From an uncultured Aliarcobacter sp. (GTDB taxonomy: Bacteria; Campylobacterota; Campylobacteria; Campylobacterales; Arcobacteraceae): a stretch of 64,000 nucleotides of DNA. The stretch covers positions 3,040,001 through 3,104,000 of the forward strand of contig OY781945.1 in assembly GCA_963677435.1 (NCBI GenBank), in the 5' to 3' direction. The stretch's first letter is position 1. Each line of letters opens with the position of its first letter. A program made the translations under genes and the position numbers. Below are positions 53,968-63,899 of this stretch, one piece after another. Under the pieces are notes generated by a model. That model was not told the DNA's origin, searched no databases, and saw only the letters and a program-made list of their open reading frames with translations.

Positions 53968-54900
53968 TTAATAACTCACATAATATAAAAAGTGGAAAAA
54001 TACGGGAGCTGTATACATTAAACTATCTATTCTGTCTAAGATTCCACCATGACCTGGAATTAAAGTTCCAGTATCTTTTATTCCTATATCTCTTTTTACA
54101 CTTGATATTACTACATCACCAAAAAATCCAATGCACGATATTATAAATCCTGCAATAAAACCATAATACATATCCAAAGATGTTAAGTAAGGTGCGATTA
54201 TTCCAGAGATAACAGTAACACTAAAAATACCACCTAAAAAACCTTCCCAAGTTTTATTTGGACTAACTTTTGGGATGATTTTGTGTTTACCAAATAATTT
54301 TCCAAAAACATATTGTGATACATCATTAAATTGAGTCATTATAAGTAAAAATAAAACTGGTCCAATATTTCCAGCCAAACTATTTTGAACAGGTAATGCC
54401 ATAAGATAGGCAATATGACTTATACTAAATACTGTTAGCATTGTTGACCATTGGATTATACTTGCTGATTTTATAAAACCATTTGTTTCTCCAATTAAAA
54501 CCAATCTAATAGGTATAAACAAAAACAGATAAACAGGAATAAAGATAATAAACATACCATACCAACCAATACTAATCCAATAATATTGTAAAGGAATAGA
54601 TAAATATGCCCAAAATATTGCTCTTCTATCCACATATCGAATAGAAACAATTGATAAAAACTCTTTTAATGCCAAAAATGATAAAAAGGCAAAAAATATC
54701 AAGGCTGATTTTAAACTAATACTTAAAGCTAAAAATACAATAGCTATCATCCACCACCAAGATTGTATTCTTAGTTTTAGTTCATGAAAATTTTTATTTG
54801 GATTTTTACTTTTTTTGTATTTATATATCAATGTAGATATAGATAAAACAATCAAAGTAAAAATCATTGCATAAAGTGAGTTTTGTGCAATATTAAACAT
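53968..54900 (-). CDS. phosphatidate cytidylyltransferase (CdsA/YnbB family)
   Basis: SPNKTWEG and SSVKRDIGIKDTGTLIPGHGGILDRIDS. Confidence 0.95.
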   Translation of the reverse strand: MFNIAQNSLYAMIFTLIVLSISTLIYKYKKSKNPNKNFHELKLRIQSWWWMIAIVFLALSISLKSALIFFAFLSFLALKEFLSIVSIRYVDRRAIFWAYLSIPLQYYWISIGWYGMFIIFIPVYLFLFIPIRLVLIGETNGFIKSASIIQWSTMLTVFSISHIAYLMALPVQNSLAGNIGPVLFLLIMTQFNDVSQYVFGKLFGKHKIIPKVSPNKTWEGFLGGIFSVTVISGIIAPYLTSLDMYYGFIAGFIISCIGFFGDVVISSVKRDIGIKDTGTLIPGHGGILDRIDSLMYTAPVFFHFLYYVSY

Positions 54901-54902
54901 TT

Positions 54903-55556
54903 TTATTTTTCTCCTTCTAAAGTATTATAAATTACCTTTACTCTATTTATTATCGTCAAAAAAGAACCTATTGTAATTACAATTAGAGCTAAACTTAAAA
55001 GATAATCCGTTTGATTTGATGATAATTCAAAGGGAATAATTAAAAGTGTAATTGTTAAAACTGCCATTCTATGTTGTTTTGCCATTGGCCCTTTAAAACA
55101 ACTTCCTGCACCCATACTTGCGCCTAATACTCTAACATAAGCTGTTAAAGCTGCAAATAAAGCACCTAAATATCCAAATTCTACACCAAAAGAGATACTA
55201 CTTACGCTATAACCTAAAGCTATAAAAATTAAACTATCAGAAACCCTATCCGGTATATCATTAAATAGTTCACCTGATTTTGTACTTTTCCCGCCTTCAA
55301 GGGCAACCATTCCATCAAATAAGTTACATAATAATCTTAATTGAATAAATAGTGCTGCCATAATTGGAGCTAAGTAAATATTAAAAAAACTATTTGCAGA
55401 AATTAGCAATATGAAAATTGATGCAATAATTGAAGCTACAATACTTGCAATAGATATTTGATTTGGAGTAATATCTTTTTTACTCAAATAACTTGCAAAC
55501 TTTTGACTCCAAATACTACCTCTAACCTTTAGTGGTCTTCTATTATTATCTGACAT
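54903..55556 (-). CDS. CDP-alcohol phosphatidyltransferase family protein (YnbA-like)
   Basis: TPNQIS and variant motif NLFDGMVA...GELFNDIPD. Confidence 0.9.
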   Translation of the reverse strand: MSDNNRRPLKVRGSIWSQKFASYLSKKDITPNQISIASIVASIIASIFILLISANSFFNIYLAPIMAALFIQLRLLCNLFDGMVALEGGKSTKSGELFNDIPDRVSDSLIFIALGYSVSSISFGVEFGYLGALFAALTAYVRVLGASMGAGSCFKGPMAKQHRMAVLTITLLIIPFELSSNQTDYLLSLALIVITIGSFLTIINRVKVIYNTLEGEK

Positions 55557-55923
55557 GATTTTCCTTTTTAGTTAATTTTGATACTTCTTTTGCCATAAAA
55601 ACTGTAAATATAAAAGAGACAATAACAGTTGGTAAAATAGTATAAAAGATATTTTGTGTATGTATCAATAAATGACCTGCAAAAACAATACTTGAAGTAA
55701 TTGTAACAGTTAAAATAGCTGTTAGGATTACTGAATTGTTTTCAAAAATTTTATTAAAAATAGTTATTAATCGCACTATAAAAAGTGTAATTACAAAACT
55801 AGCTAATCCTTGAAAAAATGATGAGACAAATCTATTTGAATCATCTATATTTACAAAATATGCCCAAGTTCCCCATAAAATAAAAGCTAAAAATGCTGAT
55901 ATATATTTCTCTTTTTTCATCAA
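55546..55923 (-). CDS. hypothetical 4-TM membrane protein
   Basis: 125 aa, hydrophobic; overlaps both neighbours. Confidence 0.75.
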   Translation of the reverse strand: MMKKEKYISAFLAFILWGTWAYFVNIDDSNRFVSSFFQGLASFVITLFIVRLITIFNKIFENNSVILTAILTVTITSSIVFAGHLLIHTQNIFYTILPTVIVSFIFTVFMAKEVSKLTKKENHVR

Positions 55924-56558
55924 TTATCCTTTTTAAATTCTATAATTGTATGTCGATTAAAAATATATGGTTTAAAAGAGTTTAAAATATCAAGAACCAA
56001 TATTTCAGGTAGTTCTCCTATTTTTTCTAAAACTTTTTTTGATAGCTCTTTTTCCAAAACTGCAAGTTTTTTACTTGTTTTAACATATTCACCTATTAGT
56101 TCAGTTGAGATTTTATATTTTTTTAACTCTATAAAAGTTTTTAAAACTTCTAATTCTGTTTTAAAATACATCTCTTTATCATCCAATAAATCAAGTTCAA
56201 TCGCTTCGTTAATATAAAATATTTCTAAATCTTTTTTTGGAATTGGATTTTTAATCTCACTACTAATCATCTGTATTGATTGTAAAATCAAATCTCTTCT
56301 ATCTTGAAAATTTACATTATAAAAATCAAAAAGTTCTTTTATATAATCAAGGGAAAAGTTTAAATTCTCTTTGAAATATTTGATTAAATTTAAAACTGTG
56401 ATTGTGATTTCAGGATAGTATTTCATATTTATTGAAGTGCTTACACTATTTGGAATCAACCCTTTTTTATCATAAAATGAGATTGTGTGATTACTTAGAT
56501 TTGTCAGTTCTACAAGTTCAGACATTTTGTAGTAATTTTTTTCATCTATAATTTTCAA
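55920..56558 (-). CDS. MerR-family transcriptional regulator
   Basis: YKMSELVELTNLSNHTISFYDKKGLIP HTH, FSLDYIKEL; TTG start with GGAG SD. Confidence 0.85.
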   Translation of the reverse strand: MKIIDEKNYYKMSELVELTNLSNHTISFYDKKGLIPNSVSTSINMKYYPEITITVLNLIKYFKENLNFSLDYIKELFDFYNVNFQDRRDLILQSIQMISSEIKNPIPKKDLEIFYINEAIELDLLDDKEMYFKTELEVLKTFIELKKYKISTELIGEYVKTSKKLAVLEKELSKKVLEKIGELPEILVLDILNSFKPYIFNRHTIIEFKKDN

Positions 56559-56571
56559 TGTTTTTCTCCAG

Positions 56572-56604
56572 TCAAAAGTAAAGAGTTAAGCTCTTTACTT
56601 TTGA
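56572..56604. promoter_or_regulatory. perfect 14-bp inverted repeat (candidate operator)
   Basis: TCAAAAGTAAAGAG-ttaag-CTCTTTACTTTTGA over the predicted transcription start. Confidence 0.75.
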
Positions 56605-56605
56605 A

Positions 56606-56634
56606 AGTATAGATTTTTTTAAATTAATTGTCAA
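56606..56634 (-). promoter_or_regulatory. sigma70 promoter TTGACA-N17-TATACT for the MerR/lipid operon
   Basis: Minus strand TTGACA (56634-56629), 17-bp spacer, TATACT (56611-56606). Confidence 0.78.
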
Positions 56635-56707
56635 GGGCTTATAAGTTTTTTTTGCTAAAATGTAAATCTTAACTTAATTAAACAATCAAAAAAAAATAAG
56701 GATTTTT

Positions 56708-58198
56708 ATGTACCAAACCATAAAAAAAGAATGGTTTTCAAATATTCGTGCAGATATTTTATCAGGTTTAGTTGTGGCACTTGCCCTAATTCCTGAAGCA
56801 ATTGCATTTTCAATTATTGCAGGAGTAGACCCAAAAGTTGGACTTTATGCTTCGTTTTCAATGGCAGTTGTAATTGCATTTGTTGGAAGTCGACCAGGAA
56901 TGATAAGTGCAGCAACTGGTGCGATGGCACTGGTGATGGTTACACTTGTAAAAGATTATGGACTTCAATACTTATTGGCAGCAACTTTATTAACAGGTGT
57001 TATTCAAATATGTTTATCATATATTGGAATTCATAAACTTATGAGTTTTGTGGCAAGAGCTGTTGTAGTAGGATTTGTAAATGCTTTGGCAATTTTGATT
57101 TTCATGGCTCAACTTCCAGAACTAACAGATGTAACTTGGCATGTTTATGCTCTAACAGCAGTTGGACTTGGAATCATTTATCTCTTTCCTTATATTCCAA
57201 AAATTGGGCAAATTCTTCCATCTCCACTTGTAACAATAGTTGTTTTGACAATCTTTGTATATTTTGTTGGTTGGGATGTAAGAAATGTTGGGAATATGGG
57301 AGCACTTCCTGATACTTTACCTATATTTTTACTTCCTGATATTCCTTTTAATCTTGAAACTTTAAAAATTATTCTTCCATACTCTTTTGCCCTAGCAATA
57401 GTAGGACTTTTAGAATCATTTATGACAGCTACAATAATTGATGATTTTACAGACACAATTAGTAATAAACAAACAGAAGCAAAAGGTCAAGGAATAGCAA
57501 ATTTTGCAACGGGATGTATTGGGGGAATGGCAGGTTGTGCAATGATTGGTCAATCAATTATCAACTATAAATCAGGTGGACGAGGAAGACTATCAACATT
57601 TATTGCTGGTTTTTTCCTTTTAATCATGGTTGTTTTTTTATCTGATATTATCTCTATTATTCCAATGGCTGCCTTGGTTTCTGTAATGATTATGGTATCT
57701 ATTAGTACTTTTGATTGGTCTTCAATTAAAAAACTAAAAACTCTTCCAATATCTACAAATATTGTTATGCTCTCAACAGTAGCAGTTACAGTTTATACCC
57801 ATAATCTAGCTCTTGGAGTAATTACAGGAGTTCTTTTTGCTTCACTATTTTTTGCAAATAAAATTTCTCACTTTATGTATTGTAATACTGAATATAGTGA
57901 AGACAAGAATTGTAAAACATATCAATTTGTTGGGCAAGTATTTTTTAATAGTGCTGATAAATTTTATGAAATGATAGATTTCAAAGAAGAGATTAAAGAT
58001 GTTATTATTGATGTAAGAAGGGCTCATTTTTGGGATATATCTGCTGTTTATGCCTTAGATAAATCAGTTATTAAACTAAAAAAAGAAGGAAAAACTGTAG
58101 AAATAATTGGTCAAAATGAAGCTACTAAAACTATTATTGATAGATTTGGAATCCATGATAAACCCGATGAAATAGAAAAAGTTATGGGTGGTCATTAA
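56708..58198 (+). CDS. SulP-family anion transporter with STAS domain
   Basis: [41 protein letters not shown] tail. Confidence 0.95.
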   Translation: MYQTIKKEWFSNIRADILSGLVVALALIPEAIAFSIIAGVDPKVGLYASFSMAVVIAFVGSRPGMISAATGAMALVMVTLVKDYGLQYLLAATLLTGVIQICLSYIGIHKLMSFVARAVVVGFVNALAILIFMAQLPELTDVTWHVYALTAVGLGIIYLFPYIPKIGQILPSPLVTIVVLTIFVYFVGWDVRNVGNMGALPDTLPIFLLPDIPFNLETLKIILPYSFALAIVGLLESFMTATIIDDFTDTISNKQTEAKGQGIANFATGCIGGMAGCAMIGQSIINYKSGGRGRLSTFIAGFFLLIMVVFLSDIISIIPMAALVSVMIMVSISTFDWSSIKKLKTLPISTNIVMLSTVAVTVYTHNLALGVITGVLFASLFFANKISHFMYCNTEYSEDKNCKTYQFVGQVFFNSADKFYEMIDFKEEIKDVIIDVRRAHFWDISAVYALDKSVIKLKKEGKTVEIIGQNEATKTIIDRFGIHDKPDEIEKVMGGH

Positions 58199-58316
58199 AA
58201 GTTTTATTTCTTTCAGTAACATCTATTAAGTAAATATTATTTTAAAATATATTTACATAGCTTAGACATAACTTCTGGATATAGTCCTTGCTGTAAAAAA
58301 AAATTAAGGATGTTTC

Positions 58317-59639
58317 TTGGAAGAAATATTAAATGAAAAGAAAAAAAACTGGACAAACTATACAATCAAAAGTTTAGCTTTTTGGGTTGTTGTTGCCATT
58401 ATTGCAGGTATTGTTTTTGGTGTTGTAAATCCAAAACAAGCTGTTGAAGCTAAACCTGGAATTGATTGGTTTATCCAAATACTTAAATGGCTTGTGGGAC
58501 CTATTATATTTTTAACAATTATTTCAGGTATTGTTGGTCTAAAAAGTCTTAAAGAAGTTGGAACAATTGGATTTAAAGCATTTATTTACTTTGAAATCGT
58601 AAGTACTTTTGCTTTAGCAATTGGTGTTTTATTTGGTAATGTATTCGCACCAGGAAGTGGAATGAATCTGTCTGTTGATTCATTAGATCCTGCAAGTGTT
58701 GAAAAATTTACTCATGGTGACCAACATTTAGGTTCTGTTTGGTCTATTTTAAAAGGGGCAATTCCTACTGATCCTATTACTCCATTTTTACATGGACAAA
58801 CTCTTCAAGTGTTAGTAATGGCGTTAACATTAGCTATTTTAATCTCTGCATTTGGTGGAGTTTATAAAGATAAAATTTTAGCTCCAATAGAAACTGCACA
58901 AAACTTTTTCTTCAAAATTTTAACAGTTTTAATGTGGCTAAGTCCAATTGCAAGTTTCAGTGCTATGGCATTTTTAATTGGTAAATTTGGTATTGCATCT
59001 TTAGTTAATATGGCTGGATTATTAGGTGTTATGTTTATTTCTGTTTGTGCATTTATTTTTATAGTACTTGGTCTAATTTTAGCTATATTCAAAATTAATG
59101 TTTTCAAATTTATGAGATTTATCTATAAAGAAGTATTAATTGTATTTGCTACATCTTCAAGTGAATCAGCTTTAGCTCCACTTATGAGAAGATTAGAAGC
59201 AGCAGGAGTAAGTAGAGGAACAACAGGTTTAGTTATACCTACTGGATATTCATTTAATCTTGATTGTACGAACATTTATCTATCACTTTCAGTTATCTTT
59301 TTATCACAGGCATTTAATATTCCATTAACTCTTGGTCAACAATTAAGTATCATTATTATTTTAATGGTTACATCAAAAGGTGCTGTGGGAGTTACAGGTT
59401 CAGGATTTATTGTACTTGCAGGAACACTTTCAGCACTTGGTGGAGTAATTCCAGTTGTTACAGTTGCTGTTTTATTAGGTGTTGATAAATTTATGAGTGA
59501 AATGAGAGCTGTTGGTAACTTATGCGGAAATGCTGTTGCTTCAGTTGTTGTTGGTGCTTGGGATAAACAAATTGATATGGATAAATTCAAATATTCACTT
59601 GACCATCCAGAAAGCGTTAAGGATGTAATTCCTAGCTAA
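58317..59639 (+). CDS. dctA: cation:dicarboxylate symporter (DAACS, DctA-like)
   Basis: FATSSSESAL, PTGYSFNLD, SKGAVGVTGSGF, DKFMSEMRA. Confidence 0.9.
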   Translation: MEEILNEKKKNWTNYTIKSLAFWVVVAIIAGIVFGVVNPKQAVEAKPGIDWFIQILKWLVGPIIFLTIISGIVGLKSLKEVGTIGFKAFIYFEIVSTFALAIGVLFGNVFAPGSGMNLSVDSLDPASVEKFTHGDQHLGSVWSILKGAIPTDPITPFLHGQTLQVLVMALTLAILISAFGGVYKDKILAPIETAQNFFFKILTVLMWLSPIASFSAMAFLIGKFGIASLVNMAGLLGVMFISVCAFIFIVLGLILAIFKINVFKFMRFIYKEVLIVFATSSSESALAPLMRRLEAAGVSRGTTGLVIPTGYSFNLDCTNIYLSLSVIFLSQAFNIPLTLGQQLSIIIILMVTSKGAVGVTGSGFIVLAGTLSALGGVIPVVTVAVLLGVDKFMSEMRAVGNLCGNAVASVVVGAWDKQIDMDKFKYSLDHPESVKDVIPS

Positions 59640-59641
59640 AG

Positions 59642-59667
59642 AAAAGAGAGAAATTTCTCTCTTTTTT
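59642..59667. terminator. rho-independent terminator after dctA (bidirectional)
   Basis: AAAAGAGAGA-aatt-TCTCTCTTTTTT. Confidence 0.75.
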
Positions 59668-60285
59668 CTAAAAGAACTTTATAAAATTCTTCTGGATTTG
59701 CATATTTTCAAAGCCAAACTCTTTTTTTATCCACTCGAAAGTTTTATCTGTATATATAAAAACATGGGTTAAATCATTTTTATACCACCATTTTGAAAAA
59801 TCTATATTATCTTTATAAATTCCAGTCATTAGATATAAAACTCCACCATTTTTTAGAAGTTTTTTAAATAATTCAAACTCTTTTTTAGGAGTATAAAAAT
59901 GCTCAATAACCTCACAACAAGCTATATAATCATATTTTTGCTCCAAAAGTTTTTTATCATCAAAAAAATATGGGTCATATTCAAATATTTTATATTCATT
60001 ATTTCTTAAAATTTTAACTATTGGGGAGTCTTTCCCACAACCAAAATCTAAACCAATATCTTCTTTTGAAAACTCTTTTAAAACGCAATTTGTAATTGGA
60101 GATACAAAGTTCTGATAACCTAAATCATCTGAATCATTAGTATGACTTTCATATCTCTCTTTCTCTTTTTCATTATCAAGCAGTTTTTCAATAGGTCTAA
60201 ATATTCCACCACAGCAAGAACATTCATAAAATTCATCTTTATAAAATGCTTTTGAATTGCTATTACAAAGTGGACAAATTGGCAT
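59668..60285 (-). CDS. class I SAM-dependent methyltransferase with N-terminal Cys cluster
   Basis: CPLC...CSCC, LDFGCG, EVIEHF, WWYKNDLTHV. Confidence 0.88.
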   Translation of the reverse strand: MPICPLCNSNSKAFYKDEFYECSCCGGIFRPIEKLLDNEKEKERYESHTNDSDDLGYQNFVSPITNCVLKEFSKEDIGLDFGCGKDSPIVKILRNNEYKIFEYDPYFFDDKKLLEQKYDYIACCEVIEHFYTPKKEFELFKKLLKNGGVLYLMTGIYKDNIDFSKWWYKNDLTHVFIYTDKTFEWIKKEFGFENMQIQKNFIKFF

Positions 60286-60371
60286 TAAATACTCCTATAT
60301 TTTATGTGGTATTTTATCATAATAAAGCATATAGCAACTTTTGGCTAAAATCCAAGAAAAAAAGGATAAAA

Positions 60372-60776
60372 ATGGAAATCGAATTATTTATAGGCTTTAT
60401 TAGTTTCTTTTTAACAGCCCTTGGTCTTGTTATTGTTTTTCTTAATTTATATGCAATGGTAACACCTTATGATGATTATAAACTAATTTTTGAAGAAAAT
60501 AATACAGCTGCTGCTCTTGGTTTTGGTGGAGCAATTATTGGAGTTGCAATTCCTATGTATAGTGCTTTAGTTAACTCTACATCTTATATGGATTTTGCTA
60601 TATGGGGAATGGTTGCAATTGTTATTCAATTAATTTTTGCATTTATTGTAACTAGAATTAGTGGGAAGTACTCTTTTAAAACAAAGATTTCTGATGGTGT
60701 AATTTCTGTTGGAATTTTAATGGCATTTTTATCAATTTCGATTGGACTTTTAAATGCAGGGTCAATGAGTTATTAA
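60372..60776 (+). CDS. DUF350/YjfL-family membrane protein
   Basis: TPYDDYKLI..NNTAAAL, SIGLLNAGSMSY; ATG 60372 with AAGGA SD replaces the 60246 start. Confidence 0.85.
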   Translation: MEIELFIGFISFFLTALGLVIVFLNLYAMVTPYDDYKLIFEENNTAAALGFGGAIIGVAIPMYSALVNSTSYMDFAIWGMVAIVIQLIFAFIVTRISGKYSFKTKISDGVISVGILMAFLSISIGLLNAGSMSY

Positions 60777-60790
60777 AACTCATTGATTAA

Positions 60791-61021
60791 CTATTTTAAT
60801 AACTCTACAATATCATCAGCACTTAAAACTTTTCCACTGCTTTTAACTACTCCATCAACAACTAAAGCTGGTGTACTCATAACTCCGTAATTCATAATTT
60901 CAACTACATCTTCCACTTTTTTAATTTCGTGAAATCCGCCAATTTTTGCAAGTGCTTGTTTTGCATTTTCTTCCAAAGTTTTGCACTTAGAACATCCTGT
61001 TCCTAAAATCTCTATTTTCAT
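60791..61021 (-). CDS. small thioredoxin-like redox-active disulfide protein
   Basis: MKIEILGTGCSKC, YGVMSTPALVVDG; start at ATG 61021 with AGGAG SD. Confidence 0.92.
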   Translation of the reverse strand: MKIEILGTGCSKCKTLEENAKQALAKIGGFHEIKKVEDVVEIMNYGVMSTPALVVDGVVKSSGKVLSADDIVELLK

Positions 61022-61029
61022 TTTTTCTC

Positions 61030-61368
61030 CTATTTTTGATTTCCAATTAATATAATACTTGCACCTAAAATACAAATGCCAGCACCTATTAAATCCCATT
61101 TATTAAAGCTTTGTTTCTCTATAAAGTATAACCACAATAAAGAAGAAACTATATAAATCCCGCCATAAATTGCATAGGCACGACCAGCAAACTCAAGATT
61201 TACTTTTGTTAATAAATATGCAAATATACTCAAAGAGACCATTCCAATAAAAAGCCAAATATATGTCTTTTCGAGTTTAAAGAAACTCCAGAAACTATAA
61301 CAACCTAGTATCTCAAAAAAGGCTGCTAAAAAATATATTATAAATTCTTTTATCAAAATCTTATCCAA
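61030..61368 (-). CDS. YnfA (UPF0060) SMR-type membrane protein
   Basis: AAFFEILGCY, AGRAYAIYGGIYI, WDLIGA. Confidence 0.9.
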   Translation of the reverse strand: MDKILIKEFIIYFLAAFFEILGCYSFWSFFKLEKTYIWLFIGMVSLSIFAYLLTKVNLEFAGRAYAIYGGIYIVSSLLWLYFIEKQSFNKWDLIGAGICILGASIILIGNQK

Positions 61369-62326
61369 TTAAATAATTAAACAAATAACCTGTAAAAAGT
61401 ATTGCCATACCAACTATTCCAAAGAATATTGAGATTAATTTTATACTTAATACTCTTTTTAAAATCATAGCTTCTGGAAGACTCAAAGCCACAACTGCCA
61501 TCATAAAACTAAGTGCTGTTCCAAGTAACATACCTTTTTGTGTCAAAACTTCCACAAGTGGCAAAATTCCAGCAGCATTTGAATACATTGGAATTCCCAT
61601 GATTACTGCAACTATTGGAGCATACCAAACAGAGCCACCAGCATAATTACTTATAAAATCTGCTGGAATATATCCATGAATAAAAGCTCCAATTCCAACT
61701 CCTACAATCACATAAAGATATATTTTTTTAAAAATATCTGCTGTATATTCCCAAGATTCTTTTAATCTTTGATTAAATAAAGTTTCATCAATATTTGAAC
61801 CATTACAACAAGCACTTGTTGGTTTTACTTCAATTAAAACCTCTTTTTCTAAATTCATAGCTCCAATTATAAGGCCTGCAACAATGGCAATTAATAAACC
61901 AATTCCCACATATAAAAGTGCGATCTTCCAACCAAATAAAGAAAATAACATAGCAATAACAACAGCATCACTAAGAGGTGCTGAAATCAAATATGAAAAA
62001 GTAACTCCTAAAGGAATTCTAGCTTGTAAAAATCCTAAAAAAAGTGGAATTGCACTACAAGAACAAAAGGGTGTTATCACTCCAAAAATTGCGGCTAAGA
62101 TGTGTCCCACAATTTTGTGTTTTCTACTTATATAATCTCTTGCTTTTTCTATTGGGAAATAACTTCTCAATAATGTAACTATATAAATAATAGAAATTAA
62201 AAGTATAAATATTTTTATAGTGTCAAATAAAAAAAATTGTAAAGCATCACCTAAGTGAGTACCTTTTATAAGTCCTAACATGTCAAAGACAAATAGTGAA
62301 CTTAAGTTTTCAAGCCAATCAAACAT
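61361..62326 (-). CDS. arsP: ArsP-family permease
   Basis: TPFCSCSAIP signature, GIPMYSNA, ALSLPE. Confidence 0.9.
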   Translation of the reverse strand: MFDWLENLSSLFVFDMLGLIKGTHLGDALQFFLFDTIKIFILLISIIYIVTLLRSYFPIEKARDYISRKHKIVGHILAAIFGVITPFCSCSAIPLFLGFLQARIPLGVTFSYLISAPLSDAVVIAMLFSLFGWKIALLYVGIGLLIAIVAGLIIGAMNLEKEVLIEVKPTSACCNGSNIDETLFNQRLKESWEYTADIFKKIYLYVIVGVGIGAFIHGYIPADFISNYAGGSVWYAPIVAVIMGIPMYSNAAGILPLVEVLTQKGMLLGTALSFMMAVVALSLPEAMILKRVLSIKLISIFFGIVGMAILFTGYLFNYLIG

Positions 62327-63476
62327 ATTTTTCTCCTAAAATAAAAATACTGATAAAAAGTACAATAATATATAAAATATTAATCTTCATAAATCTAAGT
62401 AAATAAAATCCAAAAATTACCAAAAGCACATGAAGAATATTGTGTATAGAACTTGGTAAAAGCGTTGATACCATAGTAGCGAATAATAAGCCAACTACGC
62501 TTGCATTAACTCCTGAAAGTACATTTTTTACCTTTCTTTTTGAAGACATAGTTTCAAAACTTTTATAAAAAGCTAGAATCAGTAGAAATCCTGGAAGAAA
62601 AATCGCAACTGTAGCAACTAATGCTCCTAAAAGTGCATTTGATAAATAAATCTCTGCACCCAAATAAGTGGCAATCGTAAACATAGGACCTGGAACCATT
62701 TGAGCTAAAGAATAAGCAACTAAAAAAGTATCTGTTGTTACATCACTTGCAACTTTTTCTTGCAAAAGTGGTAAAACAACATGCCCTCCTCCAAATACTA
62801 AACTTCCCGTTCCATAGAATTTTGCAAATAAATCTACTAATTCATATCTAGATGAAAAAATTGGTATAACAAAAAGAAGTATAAAAAATAAAATAAGAAT
62901 AGTAATATTTGGATATTTTATCTTTTTTTCTTGAACCTCATCACTATTTTTTGCAAAGGCAAATCCTAATGTTCCAGCAATAATTAAAGTTAAAATTTGA
63001 ATAAAAGCCCCACCAACAAACAACAAAATAAACACTGATAAAACAAATATCAAAATTGTCACTTTATCTTTGCAAAAACTATTAAACATAGAATAAATTG
63101 CATCTAATACAACAACTACTGCTATTAGCTTAAGTGCCGTAATTAAAGCTAAAATATAAACATTTTGTGTTTGAAAAACTTGAGATATAGATAAAAAATA
63201 TAAAATCAAGAAAGATGGTAAGGTAAAACCAATAAAAGCAAAAATTGCTCCTGTGATTCCACCTTTTTTTAGTCCTATTGTAAATCCAACTTGAGAAGAA
63301 CTAGGTCCTGGTAAAAACTGACTTAATGCTACTATTTTAGAATAACTTTGTTCATCTAACCATTTTAGTTTATCAACAAATGTATTTTTAAAATAGGCAA
63401 TATGAGCAATAGGCCCACCAAAACTAACAAGCCCTAAAAAAAGAAATCTATAAAAAATCTCAAATATTTTGTACAT
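62319..63476 (-). CDS. chrA: chromate ion transporter (long-chain CHR)
   Basis: SFGGP, QFLPGPSSSQ, VFGGGHVVLP, AQMVPGP. Confidence 0.95.
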   Translation of the reverse strand: MYKIFEIFYRFLFLGLVSFGGPIAHIAYFKNTFVDKLKWLDEQSYSKIVALSQFLPGPSSSQVGFTIGLKKGGITGAIFAFIGFTLPSFLILYFLSISQVFQTQNVYILALITALKLIAVVVVLDAIYSMFNSFCKDKVTILIFVLSVFILLFVGGAFIQILTLIIAGTLGFAFAKNSDEVQEKKIKYPNITILILFFILLFVIPIFSSRYELVDLFAKFYGTGSLVFGGGHVVLPLLQEKVASDVTTDTFLVAYSLAQMVPGPMFTIATYLGAEIYLSNALLGALVATVAIFLPGFLLILAFYKSFETMSSKRKVKNVLSGVNASVVGLLFATMVSTLLPSSIHNILHVLLVIFGFYLLRFMKINILYIIVLFISIFILGEKYV

Positions 63477-63479
63477 AGA

Positions 63480-63890
63480 TTACTTTAATACCTCTATGAT
63501 TTTTGGAAGTAAAATCTCTTCTATCTCTTTATATGTTTGTTCAAATGCTTCAAAACCTTTTCCATCTGGATCTTCAAAACCAACATGGATTTTTGCTATT
63601 GGTTTTGGAAACATTGGGCAAGTTTCATTTGCATGGTCGCAAACAGTTACTATTAAATCATAATCATTTTCAATTACAGTATCTAGTGTTTTTGAATGAT
63701 ATTCACTTTTCCAAATTCCTTTTTCTTCAAGTAGTTTTTTTGCATTTGGATTTACTCTTCCACTGGCTTTCACACCACTAGAATCGGCACTGATTCCTTC
63801 TAATTTAGCATTTATAAGTGCTTCTGCGATAATGCTTCTGCAAGAATTACCAGTACATAAAATCAAAACTTTTTTTGTTGAACTGCTCAT
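63480..63890 (-). CDS. arsC: thioredoxin-coupled arsenate reductase (LMWP family)
   Basis: CTGNSCRS P-loop, VCDHANETCP, FEDP. Confidence 0.95.
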   Translation of the reverse strand: MSSSTKKVLILCTGNSCRSIIAEALINAKLEGISADSSGVKASGRVNPNAKKLLEEKGIWKSEYHSKTLDTVIENDYDLIVTVCDHANETCPMFPKPIAKIHVGFEDPDGKGFEAFEQTYKEIEEILLPKIIEVLK

Positions 63891-63899
63891 TTTACTTCC

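Noticed and set aside
60246..61099. Long N-terminal extensions given by the ORF track for the DUF350 (60246) and thioredoxin-like (61099) genes
   Set aside because: Downstream ATGs at 60372 and 61021 have good SDs, match family starts and avoid overlaps
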